A stretch of 62,716 nt of DNA, filler included, from Squatina squatina (Eukaryota), in NCBI GenBank assembly GCA_031763465.1. It is 4 parts of 4 records of this genome, joined end to end, with 100 filler letters (N's around TTAATTAATTAA, not from the genome) between each part and the next. Parts side by side here need not be neighbours in the genome. Positions count along the whole stretch, not along the records: positions 1 to 20,983 come from JARFOE010000016.1; 3 more parts are not named here. The stretch is one strand, 5' to 3'. This document shows, in pieces, positions 1 through 12,046 of the stretch. A model generated the notes under the pieces. The model did no database searches. It was given only the letters and a program-made list of their open reading frames with translations, and was not told where the DNA came from. Each line of letters opens with the position of its first letter. The first letter of the stretch is position 1. A program made the position numbers and the translations under genes.

Positions 1-884
1 AGGCTGTGACTTATTTTGGGTACAGCCCATGTTGGTAACAGTGCCCTAGACTATTTTTCATTTGTATTCTTACGCAGTGAATATTAGCAAGCTATTTGAC
101 TGTAGGATCTGACCCTGTCTTCACCTGATATTCATGCATCCAATTCGAGCAGGAGAATCCTTAGATAATGATCAAGAAAATGGCCACTGCCAAATATTTC
201 CTTCTTCCCAGCCTGGGAAAACTGAGGCCAATTGAATCAGTTTTACTACTAATCCAGTTGCGATCAATTAACTCAGCATGGGCTAGGGATTATTGGTCTT
301 TGGGGCCCAGGGCTATGCCATGTGGTGTACTTATCCACTGAGCAATTGTTGAGTTTCAGATGGGTCGTAATGTTAACGTTCGTATTATACTGAGCTTGTC
401 AGTTCAGTGTTCGAATTACAAATTCAAGCCTGCTATCGATACTGTCTTGTGGTCAGTGGTGTCAGTCATTGTGGTAGATTGATCCAACTTCCCTTATGTG
501 CCAGAGTATACCTCCTTGAGCCGGCTATTCATATCTTTCATGCATGCCTCTCTAATCTTTTTGAAGGTAGGCTGAGAAAACACCAGTTGAAGAGTGAGCA
601 GCACAGATGTGATGGGCCGAATGGCTTCTTTCTGTACTGTAATTTCTATAATTCTGTATTATTAGTTGCAAGCAACTGAATTCTCCATTTTTGTTCAGTT
701 CCTATTTCCTACTATAGATGAGGTATTAATCTAGAAGGTATAAGTACTATGAGCTGCAGAGTTTTTCAGTTGCATACCTTTTTAAAAAAAACTTTGGTTT
801 TGCCAGTTGCTTTATCTAAATCAAAAGAGTGCAAGAAACAGGGTGAATCTTAACAATGGAATCTGAATGTTCTTTTCTTTACAG

Positions 885-963
885 TATCTGTGTTGCAGTC
901 TATCCTTTCTGCAGAAGCCTGGAAAACAAGCATGCCAACAATTTCCCAGCTATTAGAGACACC
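885..963 (+). CDS. PXK: PXK internal exon (end of pseudokinase domain)
   Basis: tttacag acceptor, gtaagt donor; translates SVLQSILSAEAWKTSMPTISQLLETP, resembling human PXK (..LESTLSCEACKNGMPTISRLLQMP). Confidence 0.85.
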
Positions 964-1636
964 GTAAGTGGAAAACCACATTGGTTTAGTCTTCCTATTT
1001 TAGGATAGTTGCGCAGCAATTACTTTTATTTCAAGTGTATGATAAAATGGAAGCTGTGTGGACAAGGATTTGCTTTGTTGGTTTAATGTTATGGTGTAGA
1101 TTTATGGGTTGAATTGTTCTGAGCTTGAAAGTTTTGAGAGTTTGTAAAACAAGCAAGTACAAACCATGTGTAGATAAGTTTGCTAATCTCAACACAAATC
1201 AATAACACAAATAAATGCTCTTGGGAAAAAAAAGTGCATTCTCAAACTAACACAGAAATGCACTTTTATGTTGGTGTATAGCTACTTGTGATCACCTCTG
1301 CCCTTGACAGACTACCTGATCAATATGTCTCTGGGCTTCAATTCATGGCCTTCCCATATGTCAAGCAGAGAGTCAGCATTGCTGTTCAACAGACTTCAAA
1401 GGATTGCAGTGAAGCTGTAGGACATGTTCGAAATCAGGAGCTCACATTATGGGAAATCGTGGGCATGGATCTACCCGATGGTGCTGTGTTAGAGCATTTC
1501 TGAAAGTTGTCCTTGAGCCATGCACTGCTTGGGGTTGACTGCAGGGGATTCCCTACTGATGTGTGAGAGAGTGCATGCATTTTGTAAAACTCAGGAAGCT
1601 ACTGAGCAACACATAGATTTTACGGAAAATCAATAT

Positions 1637-1742
1637 GGTTGGCAGACAGGAAGCAAAGAGTAGGTATAAACTGGTCCTTTTCAGAATGGCAGGCAGTGAC
1701 TAGTGGGGTGCCGCAAGGCTCAGTGCTGGGACCCCAGTTATT
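1637..1742 (+). mobile_element. CR1 LINE reverse transcriptase fragment
   Basis: RKQRVGIN.SFSEWQAVTSGVPQGSVLGP RT motif. Confidence 0.85.
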
Positions 1743-2111
1743 NNNNNNNNNNNNNNNNNNNNNNNNNNNNNNNNNNNNNNNNNNNNNNNNNNNNNNNNNN
1801 NNNNNNNNNNNNNNNNNNNNNNNNNNNNNNNNNNNNNNNNNNCGACTAGCTGTTCATGCCTGAGATGAACAATGGTGGCCAAGGTAGTTTATAAATAAGT
1901 AATAATGTACTTGTTCATTTATATTTTAAAATAAATTATTACAATATTTTTCTTTAAATACTTGCATATTATGGGTTTGTTTGTTCCTACTGAGCTAAGG
2001 AGTAACAGCAGTCACTTAATACGCAACTGATGTAAATCCTCCTAATAAAGCTCATAATCTATTTGTGAGTTGTTCACTAACTTAGACCTGTGTGTCATTG
2101 CCCTCTTTCAG

Positions 2112-2160
2112 GTTATTCATTGATGTTGTGCTGCTTAATTCTGAGAAGCCCCAGTTTAAG
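2112..2160 (+). CDS. PXK: PXK internal exon
   Basis: tttcag acceptor, gtaaga donor; LFIDVVLLNSEKPQFK continues in phase from the previous exon (human LFSDVLLTTSEKPQFK). Confidence 0.88.
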
Positions 2161-3093
2161 GTAAGACTGTTATACACTTCACTATAGAGGAGTATGCTTG
2201 AGAGTATAGAAAAAAAATCTGTATAATGGTCAAAAAAGAAACTGTTTGTCAATGTTAAGTAAAATGTTATAATGTGACAATATTGCTAAAGGCAACATTT
2301 TAAGATTCAATTGAATCAAATCTAAGTGCTTCCTCTTGGAAGCCACGATGGATTGTTTGCCATTCATTTTTGACAAGTTACATTGAGTCTAGAATCAGAA
2401 GAGTCATNNNNNNNNNNNNNNNNNNNNNNNNNNNNNNNNNNNNNNNNNNNNNNNNNNNNNNNNNNNNNNNNNNNNNNNNNNNNNNNNNNNNNNNNNNNNN
2501 NNNNNNNGAATTCATGTTCTCCAAGGCAAAAAATGGAATTGGAGCCCCTTGCCCAGCTCCACTTCATTTTATTGCCTAATGTCTGCAGTGTTGAAAATAG
2601 AGCTTATCTTCCATCTCTACAGAGCAGTATTTCACTTAAATATTTAATAGGATTGTGAATGTCCAGTAACTATATTTTAAGTTTTAAAATTAGTATGCGT
2701 ACTATATACTGAGCAGGAAAAAGATCAATTTAACAGCATCAGGTTGGAGTGTGCAAAAATGCTTTTCCTGATCAGTTGAACAATTTGGGGCTGAGAGCAA
2801 TTACTTTTGTTTAAAGAAAAATGTTATGATCATTGGTGAAGCCTTGTAGAGTTTAAGTATTTTACCAAAAATAAAATCATGTAAAATATAGAATGCTGGA
2901 AGAACATAAGTCAACATCTGCAAAAAAAAACTGATGTGTCAGTTGTACTTTTGTTAATGGTGAAGCTACACCCAAAATGTTGGCTTGTGTATTTGCAGTT
3001 CTTTATTAAAAGTTAGTGAAAAATAGAATTTTGTTTTTCATTTTGTTTTCAATGTGAGAATTTACTTAAGTTTTTTTTCTCCTATACCTGCAG

Positions 3094-3281
3094 GAGTTTC
3101 ACCAGTCCCTCGACCACCAACTGCCCCCCCACCTCCAAAGTCTGAGATCTTACAATCACAATCCATTTCAACTGCCAATGGTGCAGGCAGAGGAGCCTTA
3201 CTCAGCTCGATTCAAAGCTTTAAAAAGGGGCACTTGAAGCCTACAGATACAAGTGATCGCAGCATTCCTACAATCAAATAA
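3094..3281 (+). CDS. PXK: PXK last coding exon: proline-rich stretch plus C-terminal WH2 actin-binding motif
   Basis: ctgcag acceptor; ..PPPP..RGALLSSIQSFKKGHLKPTDTSDRSIPTIK*; AU-rich 3'UTR with ATTAAA at 3844; order PXK-PDHB-KCTD6 as in human. Confidence 0.9.
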
Positions 3282-4094
3282 TACGACAAAATGTCTTTGT
3301 TGATGAACAGTTTTGAACACAAAACACTGATGAGTAAAGAAAATTATTATGTGCCATCGGTGTATATATGTTTGGGGCAAGACCTTTGTCATTTTTTGTG
3401 GAGCTCTTGTACAGGACAATCATTCCTTTTAAAAACATTTGCTTTTCACAAATCTACAATGTGTTGCAGCCAATGTGGTTATGATTTACTTATGGGCTTG
3501 CTGTGCCCCCTTGTGGACATGGCTATGTTTCTAAAGTAGATTTTTTTCATTAAGCACTTGTCAGTAAACTTACCTGTGGAGCCAACGTTCTGCAATAATT
3601 TTACATTTGAGGTAGTACAAAAATGGCACCAGTCTGTTTTGCAATAATGTATCTTAAGAACTAGCTGTAGTTTGACCATAATCCCCTAATAACCTTGAAA
3701 TTCTGAAGAAAGTGCACTTTAAAGATATAGTTTTACCTTGTAAACAAAGAAACAGCTGTTTCTATGCAGAAAGATTTTCATGGTATAATATCTGTACAAA
3801 TTTTCTTGTAAACAATTACTAGATATTCTGTTTTAATATTTTTATTAAAATAATTGTCTTGTCATTCACCATTTTTGGGTGTATTTCTGCTGTGAAAATG
3901 TAAATTAGGGCTCAGCTTTATTACCATGACCAGTATAAGGCAAAGCAGATTGCAAGGTCAGGAGCCAATAACTTCGGTTTCCATTCTCAGCTGTGGCACA
4001 TAGGAAGAAAATAAGAGTCTGATCCATTGTTTCAGAAATTTATGTTGTCACTTTTCAATACATCAAGAATACTAAACAAGGCNNNNNNNNNNTT

Positions 4095-4476
4095 AGAAAC
4101 AGAAAGCAGGAGTAGGTCATTCGGCCCTTCGAGCCTGCTCCGCCATTCAGTACCCTGTTCCTGCTTTCTCCCCATATCCCTTTAGCCCGAAGAACTATGA
4201 ATATATTCAAGAGGGAGTTAGACAATGATTTGGCCTCAACTACCCTCTGTGGAGGAGAATTCCATAGGTTCACCGCTCTCTGGGTGAAGAAATTTCTCAC
4301 CCCTTATCCTTAGGCTGTGACCCCTGGTTCTCGACTCACTCACCATTGGGAACATCCTCTCTGAAACTTAAAATTCTGGCAGGACTGGACAGACTAGATA
4401 CAATGAGATCCCCTCTCATTCTTTTAAACTCTAGCGCATATAAGCCTAATCGATCCCAATCTCCTCATATGTCAGT
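4095..4476 (-). mobile_element. CR1-type LINE 3' end fragments
   Basis: minus strand MRNFFTQRAVNLWNSPPQRVVEA plus the CR1 3' tail (..gaatgacctactcctgct). Confidence 0.75.
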
Positions 4477-4926
4477 NNNNNNNNNNNNNNNNNNNNNNNN
4501 NNNNNNNNNNNNNNNNNNNNNNNNNNNNNNNNNNNNNNNNNNNNNNNNNNNNNNNNNNNNNNNNNNNNNNNNNNNNTTAATTACTGCTCTGCATTGGTTG
4601 GACATGCTGAGCATCAAGATTACTAAGACTCCGAGCTCCCTTTCAAATGCATCCTGAGCTATTTCATCACAAATCATAATTCAGGTGACCAATATATAAA
4701 AGAATACAATTTAAGGCAATAACCTTTGATGCAGCAGGAAATGATACTGATAGGTAACAAAAGTTAAGAACGCAACTTAAAAATTCTGTTTGAAGTATTC
4801 CTTCTTTAAGTTCAAGTTCTTCTAAAATAATTATTTCTTCTTTAATTAATTCAAAAATGATGTTTGTATTTTAACTTCACTTTACAAATGTAATTCTATT
4901 ATGTAAAAAAAAATTCAATTACATAC

Positions 4927-4962
4927 CATGGCAGCACCGACTGCAATTCCTGCAAAACCCAT
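4927..4962 (-). CDS. PDHB: Pyruvate dehydrogenase E1 beta, 36-nt exon
   Basis: minus strand cttccag|MGFAGIAVGAAM|gtatgt, same peptide as human PDHB. Confidence 0.93.
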
Positions 4963-5043
4963 CTGGAAGAAAGGCACGATAATTTTAGCATTTGAAGTTA
5001 TTAAAGCAAGTTAGATATGCAATGGTATCCTAGTGAAATATAC

Positions 5044-5106
5044 CTCTGAAATAGGAGTGTCTATGATTCTCTTGTCTCCCCATTTCTTCCATAGTCCACG
5101 ACTCAC
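5044..5106 (-). CDS. PDHB: Pyruvate dehydrogenase E1 beta, 63-nt exon
   Basis: minus strand acag|[21 protein letters not shown]|gtata; 81-nt intron to the next exon; other exons are presumably in gaps. Confidence 0.93.
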
Positions 5107-5944
5107 CTGTAATAATACAGCCATGAATGTTTACAGCTACTTTCAATGCTTAACTCTAAAGAATTGTAGGTCATTGGCTATGCCTCACCTTGTAGGCACC
5201 ATCATACTGTGCTACTTCTTCTCCCAGCAGAAATACTGTTTCATCTCTTTCAATCTCCTCATCCATGGCCTGGGTCAGGGCATCTCGAATGGTCAGCTAG
5301 AACAGTATGTAAAGCAATCACTGTACCTCGTCATTCAAAAGGCTAGATTTTAACCTATTTATCATCAATGGGCAGATTACCTAGCCCAGAGTCTAAACAT
5401 TGTGGAAACATAGGATTGGAAAAGACAACTGCAATTCCTCTGCCTGGTGTCAGTGTCTAGGAAACATATACTTTGATACTCCTCATATCTGCTCAAATTT
5501 TGCACCAGGTACTTATCTTGAAAGTGCTCATTTTCCTTTTCAGCCAGTTACCCTTTCTTTACATGTTTTAAGTCTCTCACCCCACCTCCAATACATTTCC
5601 AAACTTTATTGGATGAAGTGTTTTCTGAAGAGTATAGAAAGTCANNNNNNNNNNNNNNNNNNNNNNNNNNNNNNNNNNNNNNNNNNNNNNNNNNNNNNNN
5701 NNNNNNNNNNNNNNNNNNNNNNNNNNNNNNNNNNNNNNNNNNNNACTCCTAATTGACGGAGGTGTGAGATTTTTATTCCAGTAAAATATCACTATTGGGG
5801 ATTGCATAAATGAAACACATTCAGCAAGATTTCAGATTTACATAAATTAGGTAACAAAGAATTAAATTTTGCTGTCAAAATGTGATAATATGGACAAAGC
5901 ATTTTGTGATAACCATTCATGTTCAAGTTTTATTCTTATTTCAG

Positions 5945-6631
5945 ATGGCTGATCCAGTCACTCTTAATGTGGGAGGACACTTGTATTCAACATCAATCTC
6001 CACGCTAACTAGATACCCAGACTCCATGCTAGGAGTAATGTTCAGGGGCGATTTCCCCACTGCCAAAGACTCCCAAGGAAACTACTTTATTGATAGAGAT
6101 GGACCTCTCTTCAGATACATCTTGAACTTTTTAAGGACCTCAGACCTAACACTACCTCATGGCTTCAAAGAAATTGACCTCCTTAGAAAAGAGGCTGATT
6201 TTTATCAGATAGAGCCTTTGATTCACTGTCTGAATGACCCCAAGCCCCTTTACCCATTAGACACCTTCGAGGAGGTGGTGGAATTGTCTAGCACCCGCAA
6301 ACTTTCCAAATATTCCAATCCAGTAGCTGTTATAATAACACAACTGACGATCACTACTAAAGTACACTCATTGCTGGAGGGTATCTCAAACCATTTCACA
6401 AAATGGAATAAACACATGATGGATACCAGAGACTTCCAGGCGTCCTTCACATTTGGACCCTGCGATTATCACCAGGAGGTGTCTCTTCGTGTCCATCTGA
6501 TGGAGTACATCGCAAAGCAGGGTTTTACCATCAGAATGACAAGGGTACATCACATGAGCGAGAGAGCAAATGAGAACACTGTGGAACACAACTGGACTTT
6601 TTGTAGATTGGCACGGAAAACTGAAGACTGA
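5945..6631 (+). CDS. KCTD6: KCTD6 (BTB/T1 domain CUL3 adaptor), main/last coding exon
   Basis: tttcag acceptor, then MADPVTLNVGG..YFIDRDG..FCRLARKTED*; AATAAA at 6961; the short upstream coding exon is not visible. Confidence 0.95.
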   Translation: MADPVTLNVGGHLYSTSISTLTRYPDSMLGVMFRGDFPTAKDSQGNYFIDRDGPLFRYILNFLRTSDLTLPHGFKEIDLLRKEADFYQIEPLIHCLNDPKPLYPLDTFEEVVELSSTRKLSKYSNPVAVIITQLTITTKVHSLLEGISNHFTKWNKHMMDTRDFQASFTFGPCDYHQEVSLRVHLMEYIAKQGFTIRMTRVHHMSERANENTVEHNWTFCRLARKTED

Positions 6632-7494
6632 CCATCCTTACAATGTTAAATGATGTCACCACACAATGAACAGTAATGGATCACTGTATGGCACAATTTA
6701 ATACCCAGGTAACCATGTACTGATGCAAATTCTACAACTCTTCTATTGTAAAGTTACTTTTTGTACAATAGCAAAACATTCCTATGCATACTCTAACCAA
6801 ATGCTGTTGAAATGAGGTATTAAACGTGTAGGATGTATATTCCTTCAATATTGAAGTTTTATGATTAACTTTTTAACAATACCTGCTAGATTGAAGTTTT
6901 CTTAAAGAAAATACATGAAATTGATGTACCTTTTACTTGTTTATCTCCATGTACTTGTGAAATAAAGTTATTAAAAGCTTGTCTGTGCATGTTTCATGCT
7001 GTGTAAAGGAAGGTTTTAATCTATATACCTTACCTGCCCAACATGTTTCAAGTTGATCAGTAAAGTGTGGGTCCAGACGAATAATATGGTTGCTATGTAC
7101 TTGTGGCTGCCTTGGTGCATGTATTGTTACATGAGCTGACTTTTAATGGTGCAGATTTAATCCAGGAGATTACATGTGCTACTGTCATGCAAGTTTAACT
7201 TTGCTTATGATCTTTGCAAATTCCCCAATTTACAGCATGTGAGTAGTTCACCTCTAGCTCCAATGGGAAATCAAATTATGGTCACTTTCTTTTTAAAAAT
7301 GAGCCATTAAGAATCTAATAATAGTATTGATGTTGGCCATTTAATTTTGTACAACGTGGCAATGTTTTTTTAATAGTCCTATTCCTGCGAGAGCCATACA
7401 GAGAAATGGTTATTTGGGGTTTTATTTTAAACAGTAATTGATGAAACTGCTGCTGCTGGAAATGTATCTAGCTGCAGGTACTGGCTAACCGTAT

Positions 7495-7717
7495 TCAGAG
7501 CTAGAGCTGCGAATGGATTCGTGGTGGAGCATCCACAATGAGGAGATCATCGTGGATAGCACGTTTAGGTAGGTGGTCACACCGCAGGTAAAGGCTGCAC
7601 AGGCAGGAAGGGAATGGGTGACCGCCAAGCAGAGTAGTCAGCGCAGGCAGGTAGTGCAGGAATCCCCTGTGGTCATCCCCCTCTCAAACAGATATACCGC
7701 TTTGGATATTGTTGGGG
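7495..7717 (+). mobile_element. CR1 LINE ORF1-region fragment
   Basis: ..IPLSNRYTALD motif typical of CR1 ORF1 upstream of the esterase domain. Confidence 0.6.
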
Positions 7718-7819
7718 NNNNNNNNNNNNNNNNNNNNNNNNNNNNNNNNNNNNNNNNNNNNNNNNNNNNNNNNNNNNNNNNNNNNNNNNNNNNNNNNNNN
7801 NNNNNNNNNNNNNNNNNAA

Positions 7820-8190
7820 CTATCACCTTGGCCTATTCAGAGTCAGAAGGTTGTGGGTTCAAACCCCTCTCCAGGACTTGAGCACATAATCTCAGTTGCC
7901 ACTTCAGTGCAGTTTTGAGAGAAGACTTAAAACTTTAAACCACTTTCTGCCTGTTTAGGTGGATGTAAAAGATATCACGGCACTGGTTTGTTGAACTGAG
8001 TTCTTCTGGTATCCCAGCCAACATTCCTCTTAAACAAAAGTAAATTCATTGGTCATTTGCTGTTTTTGGGTCCTTGCTATGTGCATAATGGCTACTGTAT
8101 TAACAACAGTGATTACACTTCAGGATACAATGCATTGACTGTAAAGTCATTTAAGCTGGCCCACGGACATGATTAGGTGTTATATGGTGG
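7820..8190 (+). mobile_element. Decayed tRNA-derived Deu-domain SINE (SacSINE1-like)
   Basis: gagtcagaaggttgtgggttcaa B-box-like head; body similar to the copy at 48208-48416. Confidence 0.6.
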
Positions 8191-10406
8191 AAAGCCTTCC
8201 ACACCTGCCCTGAGATTTGCAAAATCAGTTATAGTTATCCCATTGGATGAATGTAAACAGAAACTGAAATTTGTTTGGAATGTATAAACCTGCATAAATA
8301 TTATGGTAATTGTAATATTTGAAACAGAAAATGCAAAACCTAAACAATATTTATATACTAGAAGTTTCCACGAAGTAAAATATGTATATTTTTTATTTCA
8401 AAGTTATAAGTTACAATGACACAAACCTATAGATGGCAACAGTACAGCTGAATATAGAACCCCCTTCTCCTGTTATTAATAATTAAACTGAGTAACTATA
8501 ATCACAGACTGGATCTCGAATTTTATGTGCATGTTTTATACACATAGAAAAGTAACAATTCCCCCCAAAATGAGTAACAGTGAGAGAAAGCAAACTCCAT
8601 TTCAGGGTTAGTGCTGTGAGACACATTCTATCAGACATATGTAACCATGTTTACTGTGGTGATGTGATAGGTATAACTTACCCAACAGTCAATACCTATT
8701 CAGCAACATTTCAAAGGCAACATTTCCAAAACATATACAGATAGCTGTTACCATTACTAACAATGTGAATTGTCATTTTTAACAGCGTTAGCTCAGTTGA
8801 ACTTCTTTCACAACTTGTTCAAGTAAAATATAAGAAACCCTTTCATTCTATTCCCCAGTGAATCTGATACATGGAGCCCGAAGCTAAGAGGGACCCAAAC
8901 TCTTCAAACACATTTAAAAGGTTTTCAGAGTTACATTCATAACCAACAAATAAGTATTTTTACAGTAAGCATAGTCTCCATGACCTGACACTACCTCATA
9001 CCAAATCTGATATCAGTATTGTGAAATATATAATATAGCCACAGAATGAACATAAAAATGCTGCTCCAATTCATCACTTGAGTTCTGATTTTTTTTAAAT
9101 ATAACTTTTCAATTTTCGCACGCTACCACACTGAACCCAGCACAACCGTGCTGAACATATTAAGCATTTGGCAAAGTTTAAAATAAACGATTTTGAAGAG
9201 AAAAAGCGACTTAAATGTGAACCGTATTTAACTTAGCGATCATTATAAGGTGGCTTGGGGGTTTTACGTACAGTGGAACACGCCTTTAAATGCCACAGGC
9301 CTATATAGGTCGTGTACCTTCAGCCCCTAATAACAATGAGCATTGAACCTGGATTAGTAAACTATCTGTCTACAAAGATCACCTGAAGTCAATCTCAAAG
9401 GTGGTCCGAACAAATAAATCCCCCTGTACAGGGCAAACTACTGCCTAAGCCATGCAGTAAATTTAGCCCGATTCTACTGCCTGTCTTCCCAGGATTTAAT
9501 TTCTTCGTTTCATTACTTCTGTGAATAAATAATAAATTCCCATTTGTGTTTTAAAAATAAACGCCATTCGACCTTGCACCGAGAATGATTAATGCGATCT
9601 GGATACAGGAATGGGCTTTTTCAAGTTTGGTATATAAACCATTAGTGAAAGGCTGTAATGATAACATTAGACATAGAAGCGCCTACTGTAAAATCGACAC
9701 ATCTACTTTAATACGTTCTTGTAAATGATTTGTTTTTCTGTTTAGATACAAAAGAAGCCCATTTATTAACCAGTACCAGTCCTGTTTAGAAATTATAGAA
9801 TATTGCTTATACTGGTTAGCAAAGCANNNNNNNNNNNNNNNNNNNNNNNNNNNNNNNNNNNNNNNNNNNNNNNNNNNNNNNNNNNNNNNNNNNNNNNNNN
9901 NNNNNNNNNNNNNNNNNNNNNNNNNNNNNNNNNNNNNNNNNNNNNNNNNNNNNNNNNNNNNNNNNNNNNNNNNNNNNNNNNNNNNNNNNNNNNNNNNNNN
10001 NNNNNNNNNNNNNNNNNNNNNNNNNNNNNNNNNNNNNNNNNNNNNNNNNNNNNNNNNNNNNNNNNNNNNNNNNNNNNNNNNNNNNNNNNNNNNNNNNNNN
10101 NNNNNNNNNNNNNNNNNNNNNNNNNNNNNNNNNNNNNNNNNNNNNNNNNNNNNNNNNNNNNNNNNNNNNNNNNNNNNNNNNNNNNNNNNNNNNNNNNNNN
10201 NNNNNNNNNNNNNNNNNNNNNNNNNNNNNNNNNNNNNNNNNNNNNNNNNNNNNNNNNNNNNNNNNNNNNNNNNNNNNNNNNNNNNNNNNNNNNNNNNNNN
10301 NNNNNNNNNNNNNNNNNNNNNNNNNNNNNNNNNNNNNNNNNNNNNNNNNNNNNNNNNNNNNNNNNNNNNNNNNNNNNNNNNNNNNNNNNNNNNNNNNNNN
10401 NNNNNN

Positions 10407-10495
10407 GTGGATGTTCGCCGTAAATTTTCTTTGACTTTGATGAATTCAGGAGCATTTTCTTCTTCCTCTCCACTCCTCTCCTGTTCTCTTTCCAA
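10407..10495 (-). CDS. FAM107A: FAM107 family (probably FAM107A/DRR1) last coding exon, cut off by gap
   Basis: minus strand ttcag|LEREQERSGEEEENAPEFIKVKENLRRTS matches the FAM107 C-terminal APEFxKVxxNLRR motif; A paralog inferred from position next to KCTD6; probable 3'UTR extends to minus-strand AATAAA at 8392-8397. Confidence 0.8.
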
Positions 10496-11744
10496 CTGAA
10501 AGACAACATTCAGTACAATATGTCAATATTGTAAAGGCTTTCTGCACTACTTTTGACTTGCACTTGCTGTAAGTAAGCCACAAAATATTATGAAATGTTA
10601 TGTACAATAGTTCAGGTGCAGAAGTTACATATTAGATTAATGACCGTGCTCGTACTCAATCAGGAACTAACTGGAATTTGGTAAAAATCTGACTGTCAAG
10701 AATTTGCTGACATATTATTTGGCTGCTATCGGGAATATTGGAAATTTTCCCAGATTACCCCACCCCGCCCCCAGATTGTGAAACTATTGCAAAATATATT
10801 TTGTCCCTGTAATAAAAGTGAAAATGTTGGATATCCTTGGCAGTTTAAGTTATAACAAACTTCTGTAATTTTTACTGCACTTTAGGTGTTTTTACACTGT
10901 GGCTAATTTTTCGGGGAGTTTCTCAGTTGTTAGTATTTTTCAAATGGTCTATCAGTTTTTATTATTTTTCCAGGTATGTTTATGAGGTGTTTAAATTGTG
11001 AGTTTGAATCTTACCATGGCAAGCTGTGAAATGAATTCAATAAACCTAGTAATGTGTGGGCCATTTGATCATGAAATCCAACTGGTTCATTAATATCCTT
11101 CAGGAAGGGAACCTGGCTCTGCAACTGGTCTGCATGTGATTCTGGTCCCACATTAAGTAGTTACCTCATAATATGCTCTCTGAAATGTCCTGGTAAGCCA
11201 TTTAGTTGTAATAAAACAACTTGCATTCATAAAGCACCTGTCACAACCTCAGGATGTGAAACAAATGCTATAAAACACAACAATAAGAGANNNNNNNNNN
11301 NNNNNNNNNNNNNNNNNNNNNNNNNNNNNNNNNNNNNNNNNNNNNNNNNNNNNNNNNNNNNNNNNNNNNNNNNNNNNNNNNNNNNNNNNNAGGCTGGTTA
11401 CCACTGAGCCACAGCAGTGAAGCCTGCACTAATGTCAGCCATGAGACTATGTATGTGCAGTGGCTTGAAAGAGTGTACACATGCAGAGGCCCCAAAAAAT
11501 ATTGGGAGGGAGGACCAGAGAAAGAAAGTAAGGCACAAACTCTAGCCCCACATCCCAGAGATGGGCACCACACATTGGATAGATTGCTAACGGGACTTGA
11601 GCAACTTAATTGGTAAATTGATTGATTTTTTTCAGATGAATGCGTTTGTCACCTCATAACGGTTTCTTTTCTAGCTGTATGTCATCAGCTGGGTGAAGGA
11701 ACTTGGAAATAAATACATGGAGTAATTTGACAGACTTGATTAAT

Positions 11745-12046
11745 CAGTTTTGCGCACTGACCTCTACCTTGCGGAGGCCAAACGCCAACTCTCTGACACC
11801 TCCTTCTATTTCCGTCATCTCCCAGTCCATCACTGACCTCATCTCCCCTGGAGATCTTCCCTCCACGGCCGCTAACCTCATAGTTCCCCGACTCCGCACA
11901 GCCTACTTCTACCTGCTTCCCAAGATCCACAAACAAGGGATGCCCCAAGGGGCTGATCTCTTCCTATCTCGACTTTATTTTTTCTCCCCTTGTCCAGTCT
12001 CTTCCCACCTGCATCCATGATTCTTCCGATGCCCTATGCCACTTTA
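11745..12046 (+). mobile_element. Penelope-like element RT fragment (deleted/frameshifted)
   Basis: DLYLAEAKRQLSDTSFY and FYLLPKIHK motifs of PLE reverse transcriptases. Confidence 0.75.
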
